Below, in pieces: positions 23,674 through 36,220 of a stretch of 64,000 nucleotides of DNA. The stretch is from Plasmodiophora brassicae (taxonomy: Eukaryota): the NCBI GenBank assembly GCA_036867785.1, contig CP145411.1, positions 248,001 to 312,000 on the forward strand, given 5' to 3'. A program made the translations under genes and the position numbers. The notes below the pieces were generated by a model. It had not been told where the DNA came from. It ran no database searches and was given only the letters and a program-made list of their open reading frames with translations. Within the stretch, counting starts at the first letter, position 1. Each line of letters begins with the position of its first letter.

Positions 23674-24609
23674 TTAGCTCGAATGAATCAGCGAATTAAC
23701 GGCGCAAGTCTGTCGAGCATCGCAGAGAAGGCCCGCCCAGATGGCCATCGGTGTGGTCTTTTGCTGGTAGGCGCGCTGCGCGACCTTGTACATGGCGCGG
23801 GACCAGAGGAGGGCGCCTTTCCAGCGGAAGTGATGACTGAGCGGAAGCAAACGCTGCAGGCCCAGGAACCACATTTCGAACTACGTTTCAAATGTTACCA
23901 ATTCGGGCAACTGTACAGCAAGCGCTCCTACCTCCTGCTCATCGTTGCAGGCGATGTCGACCGTTCTGCCATCGCAGATGATGGAGAAGCACAGCCATGG
24001 CTAAGATAACTGCATGTCAGTGGGTGACCGTCCAGACAAGGTTTTGTCCCCACCTTGGAGTTCTCCCAGTCGAAGCGTAGAAACCGCAAGGTGTTCGGCC
24101 CGAAAACGAGCATGTGGGCGGACGCCAGTTGCACTACAATCAAAGTCAGGTCACTGTGCGGGCGAAGGCACTTCGATGTACCGACATCGCGTGCGACTGC
24201 GACTCTTCTCCCTCTTGCGCCAGAGAAGCTCAGTGCCATCATCTGAAACATGGAAGTACCGAACCTCTGGTTTCCCGTTGGCATTGTACTTGACAAGCTT
24301 GCTTCCCATGGTCAACTTCCTGAGGTACGCCTGACGCTCCTCCTGCTCGCGAAGATAAAGGGACCGCATGATCTCGACGGTTTCGATAGCGGGGCGCGAT
24401 ATCAAAATAGGCTTCGGGGTACTCAAGGGCAGTGGCGACGGTGTCGTCTTGGGCGCCTTCTTTGACGGGCCAGAATACGTTGTCACTGTCGTACAGAACC
24501 GAACCTGGCGCGAGGGGCAGTCGTCGTCCAGCTTTTCGGAGACAGGACTGGGAAGTGTCGGGACGTCGAAATCGTCACATTGCTCGCAATGAGATACACC
24601 CTGCGCCAT
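23674..24609 (-). CDS. PH-like domain protein (PLC/Mcp5-type PH)
   Basis: GSKLVKY...GKPEVRYFHVS..TELLW, CFSII..RTVDIAC, WFLGLQ; multi-exon. Confidence 0.6.
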
Positions 24610-24946
24610 TTCGTACCCCCCAATAGTTAATAATGAGGCCGCTTCAAATTCGATAATGAGGGCAAACAAGCTTGCGTGGTTGCTGTTGCAAACGTGACGG
24701 AGTCATGGCCGCAACAACCCGGGTCAGATGACTCACATAGCTGAAGCGGAGGAAGTAAGCAACCTCACAAGGGTAACTACCGACATGACCACTTAACGTA
24801 ACCCGAACTACAATAGTTTATGGATTCATAGGTGTCAACATCGCAAACCAGGGTGCAATGCTCACTGCACGTGCCGCCCGGGGGCAAGCATTCTCCTCAA
24901 ACATTGGTGATGTACAGCATATCAATTGGTGAAGCTATGTCCTATA

Positions 24947-27900
24947 CTAACCTGTTGTGGCGCAAACGCGACCTAAGTCGTTGCCGTCCCATGACTGATG
25001 CGAAAACAGCGTAAGAAAACCAAATGCCACAGAGGAAGATTGGTAGATCGAAAGGACCGACTTTGCCGAGTCGTTCACTTGAAGTCCGCTCTGCTCGATC
25101 TGCTCTTCGCACCCGCGGATTACTTCACCGGTTCCCCATTGCCGTTCGAACTCCAACAACTGGACGCACGACATAATTCAAAACAACTCACTGGACACGG
25201 GATTGACAACAACCTTCCGATGTGCAGATATCGACAAAGGATTTGCATCAACGCACGCTTTCAGAACGGCACGAGCGGCGAATATGCGACCACGACAGAC
25301 TTCGCACTGCCCAAGCATCGACGCAAACGCGACACAGCTCGGATCGATAGCGACAACTTCCCGAAGGCGATAACAGCACGCGTAGAAATTGCCCTCCGAC
25401 TGATGATGCATGGCGATCCGCAACAACACATCTGAGCAGAAGATACATGTCCAATCAGAACAAGTGCCAACGTCAATAAGAACCGCCCTGCGCACTGAAG
25501 GAAGCAAACGATAAGGCAACTAAATGAACCTACCAATTGAGTGAGGGTAGGCTGCGGTACACTGAGAGAGAATGTCTAGGTGACGACGACGTGGAGCGAC
25601 ACTGAGCATGCCGTCAAGTAATCTGGAGAGGCACCCGTTCTCGACCAGATTTCCTGCGGCACACTTCGATTCAGGCCATACGGGCGAATTGGGCAACAGA
25701 AGGGATAGGTCGGAGAACATGTCGGACCATCTGGTTGCCCGCAGAGCAAACAAAGCAAGCCTTTGCCTGAGGGAGACGTCCTCCATGCCACTGAGAGACT
25801 TAGACAGGACATCTTCAGTTGCACTGGAATCAGACTGCTCCTCAAGGACCCGCGTCAGGAGATGGAATGCCGCCCAGCACATCCATAGGAATGGATTGGA
25901 CGTCTCGGTCAACTTAGCATCTAATGCCGCCGAAACCTCTGACGACGACGCGACTGATGACCGTGCAATGCTGAGGCACAGGCTCGAGAACGATTCCTCC
26001 AGTGAGTGCGCGGATTCAGCCGCAACAAACCACAATGATTCATCGTCTGGAAACAGCTCAAGTGACACCGAAGACAGAGCAGGGTTGACGGGAATTGCCC
26101 AATCGTAAAACGCAGGAAGCATTTTCAGGCGTGAGAGTACGTCGTAAGATATATCGTCGAATGAGAGCGACTCGGACACGATGGCAATGCGGACAATAAC
26201 GTTGATGCTTTCAAGATCGTCGGACACGTAGTCCAGCGCGTCAAGAACACTTTGGTGTGTCACTTGAAACGTCAGCAGGCGCTCAGGAATAACTACATAG
26301 CGACACCTGAGGCGCGACGCAATATAGCCGTCTATGCTAGACAGCAACACGTCCTGGTCGCCAGACGATGACGCCATTACGATGATTGCCAGCAGCAACC
26401 GGTCCGAAGGCGTTAAACACGAATTGTTGACTGCGACATTCTGTACAGTCTTGTCCTGTGGGCAGGTAAATCAGACGACTATCAGCACGTAACGATTCTG
26501 CATATCATCCCACCTGAATCAAGTTCCGGACGAGAGCTGCGGCTTCGTCCACGTGACCGGATCCGATATGAGCAAGCAGTAACCGTCGGAGGATTACGAC
26601 GGGAGAGACGTTCGCAGACATCAACGCCACAACGGCCCGTAGTGACAATTGCACAAAGTCTGAATACGTCGACGGAGAAGCATCCAAACATCGCTGCCAC
26701 AGCTGAACCGAGCCAGGGTTGTAATGAACTGCTGTGCACAGCAACTGAAGAGTGTTTGGATCAGGACCTAACCGCAGTTAAACAATCTGTCATTCAACAT
26801 TAACCGACGGGGACGTACGAAGTTGGAATAAGTCAAGGTAGACATGCCAGAGATCCAAATCGTATGGATTTCTTTCCACAGCACGGGACATGACATGCAA
26901 AGCAGAAAGAAGAGGATTGCGCTGCTCTCCTGAATCACCGTTATCCTCGATATCAATGAAGCAAGATAGTGCCCACTGCATCCAGAGAGATGCGTTTGAG
27001 GGCTGAACACGGATGCGATCTTCCCACGTGACATTGAGCGATGGACCAGCAGAAGTTGGATCAAAGTAACGAGCACATCCACTATTATCCTCGTCGTCGT
27101 TCCCTTCACACTGAAGCTTTAAAGCGTCCTGTAAGATCGAAATAGCGGACGAGACGCAGGAAGGGTCGTCTGGAGCAGTGGGGACGCTACCCTGAAGAGA
27201 AATAAATTCGGAAGAAGAATCCTCGTCAATAACATGTGATGAAATCGAAGCAGGAGGAGCAACGGTCCGAGCAGGAATTCGCCTTGAGACTGGCGCACTG
27301 TTAGCAGGACTGGTGGAAAGAGCTTCGAACGAATCGGGATCCTGAAGTTGCTTTTCATGAACAAAGGTGCACTTATCGTCGTTGCAGTGACCAAGAAGTT
27401 CAAACGGACAGAGCACCGACTGGGAACTATAGCCTTCAAGTCGTGGACGTTGAACCGGACTTTCGTATCGAAACGAAATCGTACGCAGTGGAATCGTCTG
27501 GGACAGTGCTGGAACAGTAATAGTCGCTCCAGAACCGGGCGCCGACTCGGGAAAAGCGTCGCTGTTCACAGCAGCAGATGATACAAATTGCAGCAGCTGA
27601 TTCCGAAGAGAATTCGCGGCCAATGCGACATCAACTGTTTCGTTCGTCGCATTTGCCTAAGATGATCAATATGATTCAGCTTACGATACACACAATGATA
27701 GGAATACGTCGTACAACGAGGGTAGAGTCGGGCTCGGGGGCCACTTCGTCTGGTGACGATTTCCCGTTCTGGTTGTCAATCTCTATGACTCTACGCAGCA
27801 TATCAACTTCCGCGGTCTGCCTGGCAAGCTCTTCGCTAGCTTGTTCAATTTCAGATGAGCTGCGATCGATCATCGTTGTCAAGCGGGCGCATTGCGCTTG

Positions 27901-30164
27901 GACTATGGACAGACGAGTCCGGAGCATGGTTCTCCGCTTATTGAGCAAGCCCACCTATGACGTACTCAATGTTTGCAATAACTGGAAGGCGAGATAGGCT
28001 TAACGAACCTGAGACTTCAATTTCGAGATGGCACTCACGCGACTACGGAGCGCCTTGACACGAAGTTCAGATGACGCCGTTCGTTTCGATTCCGATTGAC
28101 CTGTCCTCGGTTTCTTCGGCGCCGCTGCAGCAGGGCCTCTGTCGGGCTCATCGGTTGGAGTGCTCGGCCGTTTCATTGTCACACGTCTTCTAGCTTCGTC
28201 AATTTCCGTTTGCGCATCAACAGCAGACGGGTGCTCCGAAGAGGAACTGGCTTGATGGGCTGACGCCTTCGAAATCGCAATTGAGCTTGCGGCTGCCTCT
28301 GCTTTGGCAATCCGCTTCCTGCAACGTTGTAAGAGCAGCGAACGACTTTGGCAATGATACATCAACTAACCGCAGAGCCTCAACCGTTGACTTGATACGG
28401 TGCAGTTCCGACACCGTTCTCAAACTTCCATTCTGGCTCTCTTGGCCACTTTCTTCACCATCGGTATCTTCATCACTCGTGTGACCATCCAGATGGATGA
28501 CAAACTGGTCAGAGGGATGTCGAGCAACCGATGCCTCTCGAGCAATCTTGCTGCGACCTGCAAGTGTAGTTGATACCCTTCTCGCCGGGGCCGGTACAGA
28601 ATGCTGATTAGCCACGGGCATCCCCTTGCTAGGACGACTCACCACACTGTGAAGCCAAACTTCAGTCAGCAAATGGTAACTCTATCGCGACACGGAGAAC
28701 ACACCTAAGGAGGAATCGCGCAGCTTCAGATGACGAGCCTTGCTCTGGTGGACCGCTGACTTGCTGGGACCCAGCAACATGATCCGGTAACGCGGGATGC
28801 TGAGCGGGTAGTGCGGACGGCTCCTGAGATGGCATCTCTGCCGTTGAGCATGAATCTGTCACGGCAGGTGCCGCAGTCGTCTTCTCCATGACCGTTGGGG
28901 GATTTTCGAGATTGGAATATGGTTGCTCAGGTGGTGTCGACGCATTCACAGGCACCGGTGTTTCCGTTTCAACACTGTGCTCAGATGTTGACACGGCAGG
29001 CTTCGCCTTGGCCTTGGATTCAAGCGCTTTGCGTTTAAGTTCGGCGATCATCTTCTCGGTGGCACTCTGCATAATGGATGATGCCGGAGCAACTGACGGT
29101 TTCGCCGCCTCGTCGGACAGCATAGACGGTTGTTCGTGCCTGCTAGGATCGGACACAACCGGAGCCACTGGACTGATCGGTTCTGACACCGGCATTGCTG
29201 GAGCTCGCGCGTTGACATGCATGCCCATTCGTCTGGGTGACTGCTTCTTCCTCGAGCGTTTGCCTGCCCTCGGATACTGGTGGACGAAAGCGTTTCGTGG
29301 AACGAACTCCATTGGTGGCATCAGGTATGGCATTTCGGCAAACTGAGGCATCTGTGACGATACTGTGAGCGAAACGATTCGTGGACTGATCCAGTCCACC
29401 ATACAGGTGCCGCGAGACGAGGAGCAGGAGGCATCTGCAGCATTGAAGGGTATGAGTGATGGAATACAGGTACAGGCGGTGGTAGCCGCCTTCTCTGATG
29501 ACGCCCAGCAAGCACGGGCGGGACCAAGTTTTGCATGAGAGGAGTCCGGTCGAACCCATTGGTTGGCGCGTTGAATTGCTGTCCAAATTCTGTGTAAACA
29601 CGGGAATCAGTGATAGGCTTATAACAAGAAGAACAACACTTTAAACCTGGATGGCCTGAACTGAAGTCTGGAACGTTCTCAGATGCAATCATCGTGGGCG
29701 CAGGTGGCCATTGCCCCGAAGGAATGCGGAACGATTCGACAGGCGGTGGCAGAGGTGAAACCCTCTGGGTTTGCACGAACCGATCGGACTCAAACTCCAA
29801 TTCGCGGATCATCATCTCTGTTTCATGAGCGTTGACTTCTTGTTCAGACAATTCACCATCTTCGCGTTCCGATGATATCGATACACTTGGCAACGGAAGT
29901 AGCTTGCTGATAACGGCAGGGCCTCCATTCATTCGGAGCGCCTCTTGTACGGATGCTGCCGATTCGAATTCAACAATGAAACCCGGAGACCTAATGCAAA
30001 CAATTAAAAATTTATCGTGTAGGACAGCATATTGTTATTAAATACCCGCTCTCTTTGTGAATGGGAACGCAGCTGATAATCGCCCCGCATGTTCCCAGCA
30101 GACTCCGACACGACGCTTCATCGTTCACACCGGATACAATGACAGACCGCGGCGACGCCGGCAT
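24947..30164 (-). CDS. ZFC3H1/Red1-like nuclear exosome adaptor (RRM-like, coiled coil, C3H1 zinc finger, HAT/TPR repeats)
   Basis: LCPFELLGHCNDDKCTFVH zinc finger; HAT-like repeats (PSNASLW, NPYDLDLW); N-terminal GFIVEFESAASVQEAL. Ends approximate. Confidence 0.7.
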
Positions 30165-30724
30165 TGGTGATTGCGACCTGCTTCTCGTCGATCGTACATG
30201 CGCTTTGAGAACGCTGAGCTGGCTGTCAAGCTGTCCCTGCCCGGGATGCCTGACGCCGCAATGGCTCATCAGCGACGTTGTGGCGGCGGCGGAGTCCGCG
30301 ACGTGCGCAGCGACTTCCCCAGATACTTAACCCAAATTTGTAGCGTTGGCCGTAGGTGATTGACTGATTCGTGACGAGGTTATACCTATACGTCCTGCAC
30401 AAGTCCTCTTTTGAACACTCTCATTGCATCTGGCGAATACACCGTGTGAGCAAGGACGTATCGTGGCCCAACCCGAGAGGTCAGGAGGTGTCGCGCACAA
30501 CCCTCCGTACGTAAGCGGACATGGTACAGACGACACCCGCGTTGTGGCATTGCTAGAACTGCAACGACGCTCTCTTCAATGTGCAAACTATCCAGTGCAA
30601 CGATTCGATTTTATACAGCGTACAAGGTTGATGTGGTGCCCGAACCGGGGGCTAAGGAGCGTCTGTGGTTCACTCGGTGATTCCTCTGCAGGATTATGGG
30701 CACGAGCGAAACGGGCCGTGTTAA

Positions 30725-31599
30725 TAATCCTCGGCAACATAAAGCTACGCAAAGTGAACTTGGCGACGTAAACGTTTAATAAAGGAAACGTCATGGTTTA
30801 GACGTAAAGGTAGAGTGCGTAAGGCCTCCCGTTTACGGGGTAAGTGTACGTTGTCAAATGTAAAGACATAATTTTCGATTCCCGATAGTCCGCTGGGCAT
30901 TTGCGGCTGCACCTTGGACAGATGGGCTCGGAGCGTATGCCACCTGACTGCTCGCTGCAGCCTGCAGTAGCACTTGCCAGTTGCCATTGTCCGCGGCTCT
31001 GCCGATACAGACGCTGGGAGTCAGGGACAGTTTGGCGATTCATTGGCGTCGACGTGGTCGCCCGCTCGATCCCCGCTGGCCGCTAGCTCGCTCCCCAGTC
31101 CCCAATAGTTGTTGTATGTGTTGTATCCATCCCAATTCCGTTTGCATCACTGCGTCGATGGAGGTCGAAATTAAAGATCGAACTGGAAACCTGGACTGGA
31201 TTTCGACTATCAGCGGCTATCGTTACCTGTAAGTTCTGTCAGATCAGATCGCTTCCATGAAAATCTGGGCTCCGTCATGTGCAGTCTTGGAATCAAAGTA
31301 GCGTCGAAATCGCTAAAAAGTGAATTTGAAGTCCTGGAGGGGTGAAGCCATTGTTCCGTATAATCCCTTTCGCCCTACTAGCGGCAAATCATCTTCTTAG
31401 TATGACGAGGGCTATGTATGCCCCGGCCCCGGCACACGTACGTTCGATGGCCACTGGCCGTTTATGTACTTTGGCAATAAATTCACTTTTGCGTTACGTT
31501 TTCCAGTACTTTACTGTCACGACGTAAGACGTAAACGCAAGTAATAAACATTCCTTTACGTTTACGATTTTTACTTGTACTTTACGTTGCTGAGGCCTA
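30725..31599. mobile_element. Degenerate non-autonomous DNA transposon (hAT-like ends)
   Basis: Imperfect inverted ends taatcctcggcaacataaag and ctttacgttgctgaggccta, clustered CGTAAA/TTTACG subterminal motifs, AT-rich, no convincing ORF or TSD. Confidence 0.4.
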
Positions 31600-31786
31600 A
31601 CCGTATATCCCCTCAGATGCACAGCAGGGGCAATGGTGCCTGTTTCTATATTTAGACTCTTGTGTTTCCCACCAGTGCTGCGTGCACCACGCGGCCACGC
31701 CGGCCGTTGGGCGAACGAACTGCGACGGCATTCTTTTTTGCGCAACCCCTTCGGAAGATTGGTGGAATTCGATTCCAGGCGGCACG

Positions 31787-32206
31787 ATGTCGGGCAAGGA
31801 GGAACCGCTGTATCCGGACATGACAGGTGGTCCAAACCGGCAGCAAGGCCAATCAACGCCCCAACAGCCTGGGTATACAGTGCAGGGACAGGGCGGGCCG
31901 TACGTCCCGCCGCAGCCAGCGCCAGTCAGCACACCCTCGGCGCCACCGCCGCCGCAGACAGATCAAGCCCCATTTGGCGTAGGCCAGTCGTTCGGGTCGC
32001 ATTCCCAGCCGCCTCCGCAACAGCCGTTTATGCAACAGGATTTTACCTCTCCAACACACCCTCCACAGCCTTTCGCGCCAGGCGGCACGGCCGACTGCCG
32101 TCAGTGCGGTCTGGCCTACCCTCTGCCAGAAGGTGCCACGTCATGGCGCTGCAAGAACTGCAACTTGCTCAACACCACCACCGGCGACCAGTGCACGTTG
32201 CTATAA
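31787..32206 (+). CDS. Pro/Gln-rich protein with LSD1-like zinc finger and CaaX box
   Basis: CRQCGLAYPLPEGATSWRCKNC followed by terminal CTLL. Confidence 0.75.
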   Translation: MSGKEEPLYPDMTGGPNRQQGQSTPQQPGYTVQGQGGPYVPPQPAPVSTPSAPPPPQTDQAPFGVGQSFGSHSQPPPQQPFMQQDFTSPTHPPQPFAPGGTADCRQCGLAYPLPEGATSWRCKNCNLLNTTTGDQCTLL

Positions 32207-32536
32207 TTTATTACACACGCAATCGAGCTTTTCGATCCACGCTCATCGACTTTCTCGGGTAACTTTGTTAAGTCCTCTACTGGCGGGGGCCGGCGATATG
32301 AAATATCATATTAGTCGCGAAGTTTATATGCACGAATGCCACAGTGCAGGTTGCAATGCGTTAATAATAATAGACAGCGTTTTCTCGAACGCTCGCAATG
32401 GAACCGTTAGGCACGAAGCAAGCGCGCCCGTGACGTGGTGCTGCAAATTTAGAACGCGGCCGGCCGGTAGACGGCGCGTGCGAAAGGCGGTCGACTTGGC
32501 GGAGTCCGTGGGATTTGTCGAATCGACTTGACAGGA

Positions 32537-34592
32537 ATGAGTAGCCTGGCAGCGTTGAACCCGAATGCCGATCGCATCGGCGGAAGCAACGTCGCCCTGC
32601 AGGTGACCCCCGAGTCGATGCGCGCTGTCGTGTGCGGCCCGCTAAGCGGTGGTGCAGATGAATATCGGGGCGGCGAAGAGCCTGCAAGGCGTCCTGGCGT
32701 CGAACCTGGGTCCGAACGGGACCATTAAGATGCTCGTGTCCGGCGCTGGTGACATCAAGCTCACCAAAGACGGCAATGTGCTCCTGCACCAGATGGTTAG
32801 CGATTGATAATTTTCTCCCATGTTCATGTCTGACCTTTGTAATTTTCTTGCACAGCAAATCCAACATCCGACTGCATCTCTGATCGCACGAACGGCCACC
32901 GCTCAAGATGACATCACTGGTGACGGCACGACATCCAACGTCCTCTTCACAGGTTAACACATCTGCCTTGACTAGACTGGCAGCAATTAAATATATGCTG
33001 ACTCAGGTGAACTCCTGAAGCAAGCAGAGCGATATGTTCTGGATGGTCTCCACCCGCGCATCATCGTTGAGGTTCGTTTTCACGGAATCGCGTATGGCGT
33101 TTGGGTGATGGTTGTGCCTGCCAGGGTATGGAGATGGCCAAGGATGAGACCGTGAAATTCCTCTCCGAATTCCACGTCCCGCTGAATGAGAAGAATCCCG
33201 ATGAACTTCGCAAGGTGCTAGTCGCTGCTGCCCAGACTTCCCTTCGTACGAAGGTTCGCCGTGCACTTGCTGATCACCTGACAAACGTTGTCGTTGATGC
33301 TGTATGTACCGCTGACGGTCGGTGTAATCGCTTCTGCTCATGATGTCAAAGGTGCTTGCTGTCCGTAATGGCAACGATATTGATCTGCATATGGTTGAGA
33401 TTATGGAGATAAAGACGAAGTCGGATCTTGACACGAAACTCGTCAAGGGCCTGGTCCTGGATCACGGTGCGCGTCATCCGGGTGCGGCGAGGTGAGTCAA
33501 ATGTCAACTCTGTCTTGGTGGCGTCAATCTGACCACTTTGCATTGTTACATAGGCACACCGACAATGCGTTTATCTTGACGCTCAATGTTTCGTTGGAGT
33601 ACGAGAAAACGGAGGTCAACAGCGGGTTTTTCTACTCCTCGGCGGAAGAGCGTCAGAAGATGGTTGCTGCGGAACGATCGTTCACTGATGACCGTGTTCG
33701 GAAAATCATCGCTCTCAAGAACGCGGTGTGCACTGGAGACAAATCGAACTACGGGTTCATCGTCATCAACCAGAAAGGCATCGACCCCATCAGCTTGGAT
33801 ATGCTCCACAAAGCGGTATGTGTCTGTTTATCGTGGCAGCAGTCGGACAGACTTAACGTTATAATTTAGGGCATCGTCGGCATTCGTAGGGCCAAGCGAC
33901 GCAACATGGAGCGCCTGGCGCTTGCCGTCGGTGGGTATGCCGTTAACTCTGTTGAGGACCTTGATCCGCAATGCCTCGGCTTTGCTGCGTCCGTCTACGA
34001 ACACTCCATGGGTGACGACAAGTACACGTTCATCGAGACCGCCAGCGAGATCGCCAAGAGTTGCACGATTCTGATCCGTGGGCCGAACAACCACACGGTC
34101 ACCCAGATCAAAGAGGCCGTTCGTGATGGCTTGCGAGCCGTTCGCAACTGCTTCGTCGATGGATCGGTCGTTCCGGGTGCTGGGGCATTCGAGGTTGCGG
34201 CGTACCTGAATCTGCTTCGCTTCAAGGAGACGGTCAAGGGTCGGGTCCAGCTTGGTGTTCAGGCGTTTGCTGACGCCCTTCTGGTCATCCCGAAGACGCT
34301 GGCGGCCAACTCCGGTCTTGACGTCCAGGATGCTCTTCTGGAATTGATTGACGAGGCAAAGTCTGCTGCTGGCGGTGGTCCCAAGGAAGCCGTTGGTCTT
34401 GACCTGACAACCGGCAAGCCTCTCTGCGCGTTCGAGGCTCTGATCTTCGACAACTTGTCGGTCAAAAAGCAGTTCCTGCACCTCGGTTCCATCATCGCCA
34501 CGAAGCTGTTGCTGGTTGATGAGGTTATGCGAGCCGGACGCCCTCAGGGCAAGGATCGCCACGGTGAAGACGCCGAAGGCCCGGAAGACTGA
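32537..34592 (+). CDS. CCT6: T-complex protein 1 subunit zeta
   Basis: [56 protein letters not shown]. Confidence 0.97.
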
Positions 34593-35402
34593 TTCGATAG
34601 CTCGCCAATGTCAGCTACTTCGTAAATACCATTCACACTTTCATGGTCGAACGGCAGCATCTGCAGTAACCGCCTGTTTTACCGTCTTGGACACTGGGGC
34701 AGCTGGACGCTAGCGTTGCCGTGCTAGAGCGAGGTAGCCCTATGCAGTGATATTCAGCGGCGCCGAAGCTGACGCAAGTGACGTCCAGCATTGGAGAGGC
34801 GGGAATGACATCATATAGAAGCCAGGGCGATTACCCAGCGCGGACTGCCTGCGTAATCTTCGGGAACGTGGCCGCACGATGTTGAGGGCAAGCGTTGCCT
34901 GGGATCAGCATACCCGCGTAGCATCGCGCAACTGCCCTGATCCTTTGCGACCATTTCTCGTGCTGACTCGTTGGACAGTTCACTTACCACCGATACCCAC
35001 CAATGTATACGGCCTGTTCGTGCACGACGTCCTCACCCTGGCCATACTCGAGTATCGCCTCCGACACAATTACCCGTCGTCTCTCCATTGCTCTCCTCGA
35101 ATGGGAAAGGAGGGGATCGATCAGGTGTCCGATACAGATGCCACAGGATGCGCTCGACGTTCTCCTCTGCATCTTCGGTGGAAAGCGTCCCATTACATAA
35201 AATTTTCCAAAGAACGTCACGCCTGGCATCGTGATTCACGGCCATACAATCGTGTGGAATGGTCGACTGAGGACGGTTTGTGCACCACTGTGAGTCACGG
35301 CGGCAAGAGGCAGGACCCGTCTGACTGGGACCGGATCAGTCATATACGAACTTGGCGACTCGTCCGTGCAACGCTATGGTAGATCAGCGGACGACCTCTG
35401 CG

Positions 35403-36002
35403 ATGGCCGTTCCCATCATGATTGCTGTGCTCACTGCCGTGGTTAGTGCCGATCCTGACGCGACAGCAACTGTTCCGCTCGCGCCGCCTAATGGCGAACC
35501 TCTGAGCTCGGAGAACCAGGGCCCTGCGGAATGCACCGGGATCAGCGGCGGGTGCATGGCATGCCATGCCACGTATTCACTGCCGACGTTCGCGCAGAGC
35601 GGATTGGGCTGTGCTATGGATGACATTCCTAAAGTGGAAGCAGCCGCCAAGGCAGCCAACTACATGATTATCGGGACATCCGACCCAGCAAACTGCTACA
35701 AGACGGCCACAGTGTCTCGTAACGGCATAACAGTCAACGCGGTCGTTCTCGATGTGAATGGCGGAAGCGATGATGTCTCGTGGCCCGTGTGGCAAGTCAT
35801 TGGAGGACAGTTCTGTGGTGGGAATCGACTCCAAGGAACGATTACGATCGGAGCGTCCGCTCCAGAGTCGGCAACGGCTCCAGCAGCAAACGCAACGTCT
35901 AGTCAAGGAACAGAGGCCCAAGCAGCAACGCCTACGACAGGTTCGGATTCGTCGTCAGCCACACCCGGCGACGGGTCGACTACGTCGTCCTCTAGCAGCT
36001 AG
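35403..36002 (+). CDS. Secreted DPBB (RlpA/expansin/loosenin-like) protein with Ser/Thr tail
   Basis: Signal peptide; NCYKTATVSRNGITVNAVVLD...DDVS matches the double-psi beta-barrel pattern; low-complexity S/T tail. Confidence 0.6.
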   Translation: MAVPIMIAVLTAVVSADPDATATVPLAPPNGEPLSSENQGPAECTGISGGCMACHATYSLPTFAQSGLGCAMDDIPKVEAAAKAANYMIIGTSDPANCYKTATVSRNGITVNAVVLDVNGGSDDVSWPVWQVIGGQFCGGNRLQGTITIGASAPESATAPAANATSSQGTEAQAATPTTGSDSSSATPGDGSTTSSSSS

Positions 36003-36220
36003 GAGCGACGGTTCTGGTTCGGCGTCAGCATCTACTGAGTAAACAGTGTTCTTCAGATGCTGTTGTTCGGCAAGCGCCCGGTTGGAACCTTACAGTTGGG
36101 CGCCTACCTACATAGCTTATCGGGAGCGTAATCAACTCACGGTACTGCTTGGATTATCAAAGAGGTCACGGGGACACTGAAAAGGAGTACATCGGTGACG
36201 GGCAATTCTGTATGAACAGT

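Noticed and set aside
30390-30740. RNase MRP/P RNA suggested by aaccgggggct
   Set aside because: No matching GAAAGUCCCC-type partner to form P4.
34879-35382. Short ORFs between CCT6 and the DPBB gene
   Set aside because: No recognisable motifs or consistent exon structure.
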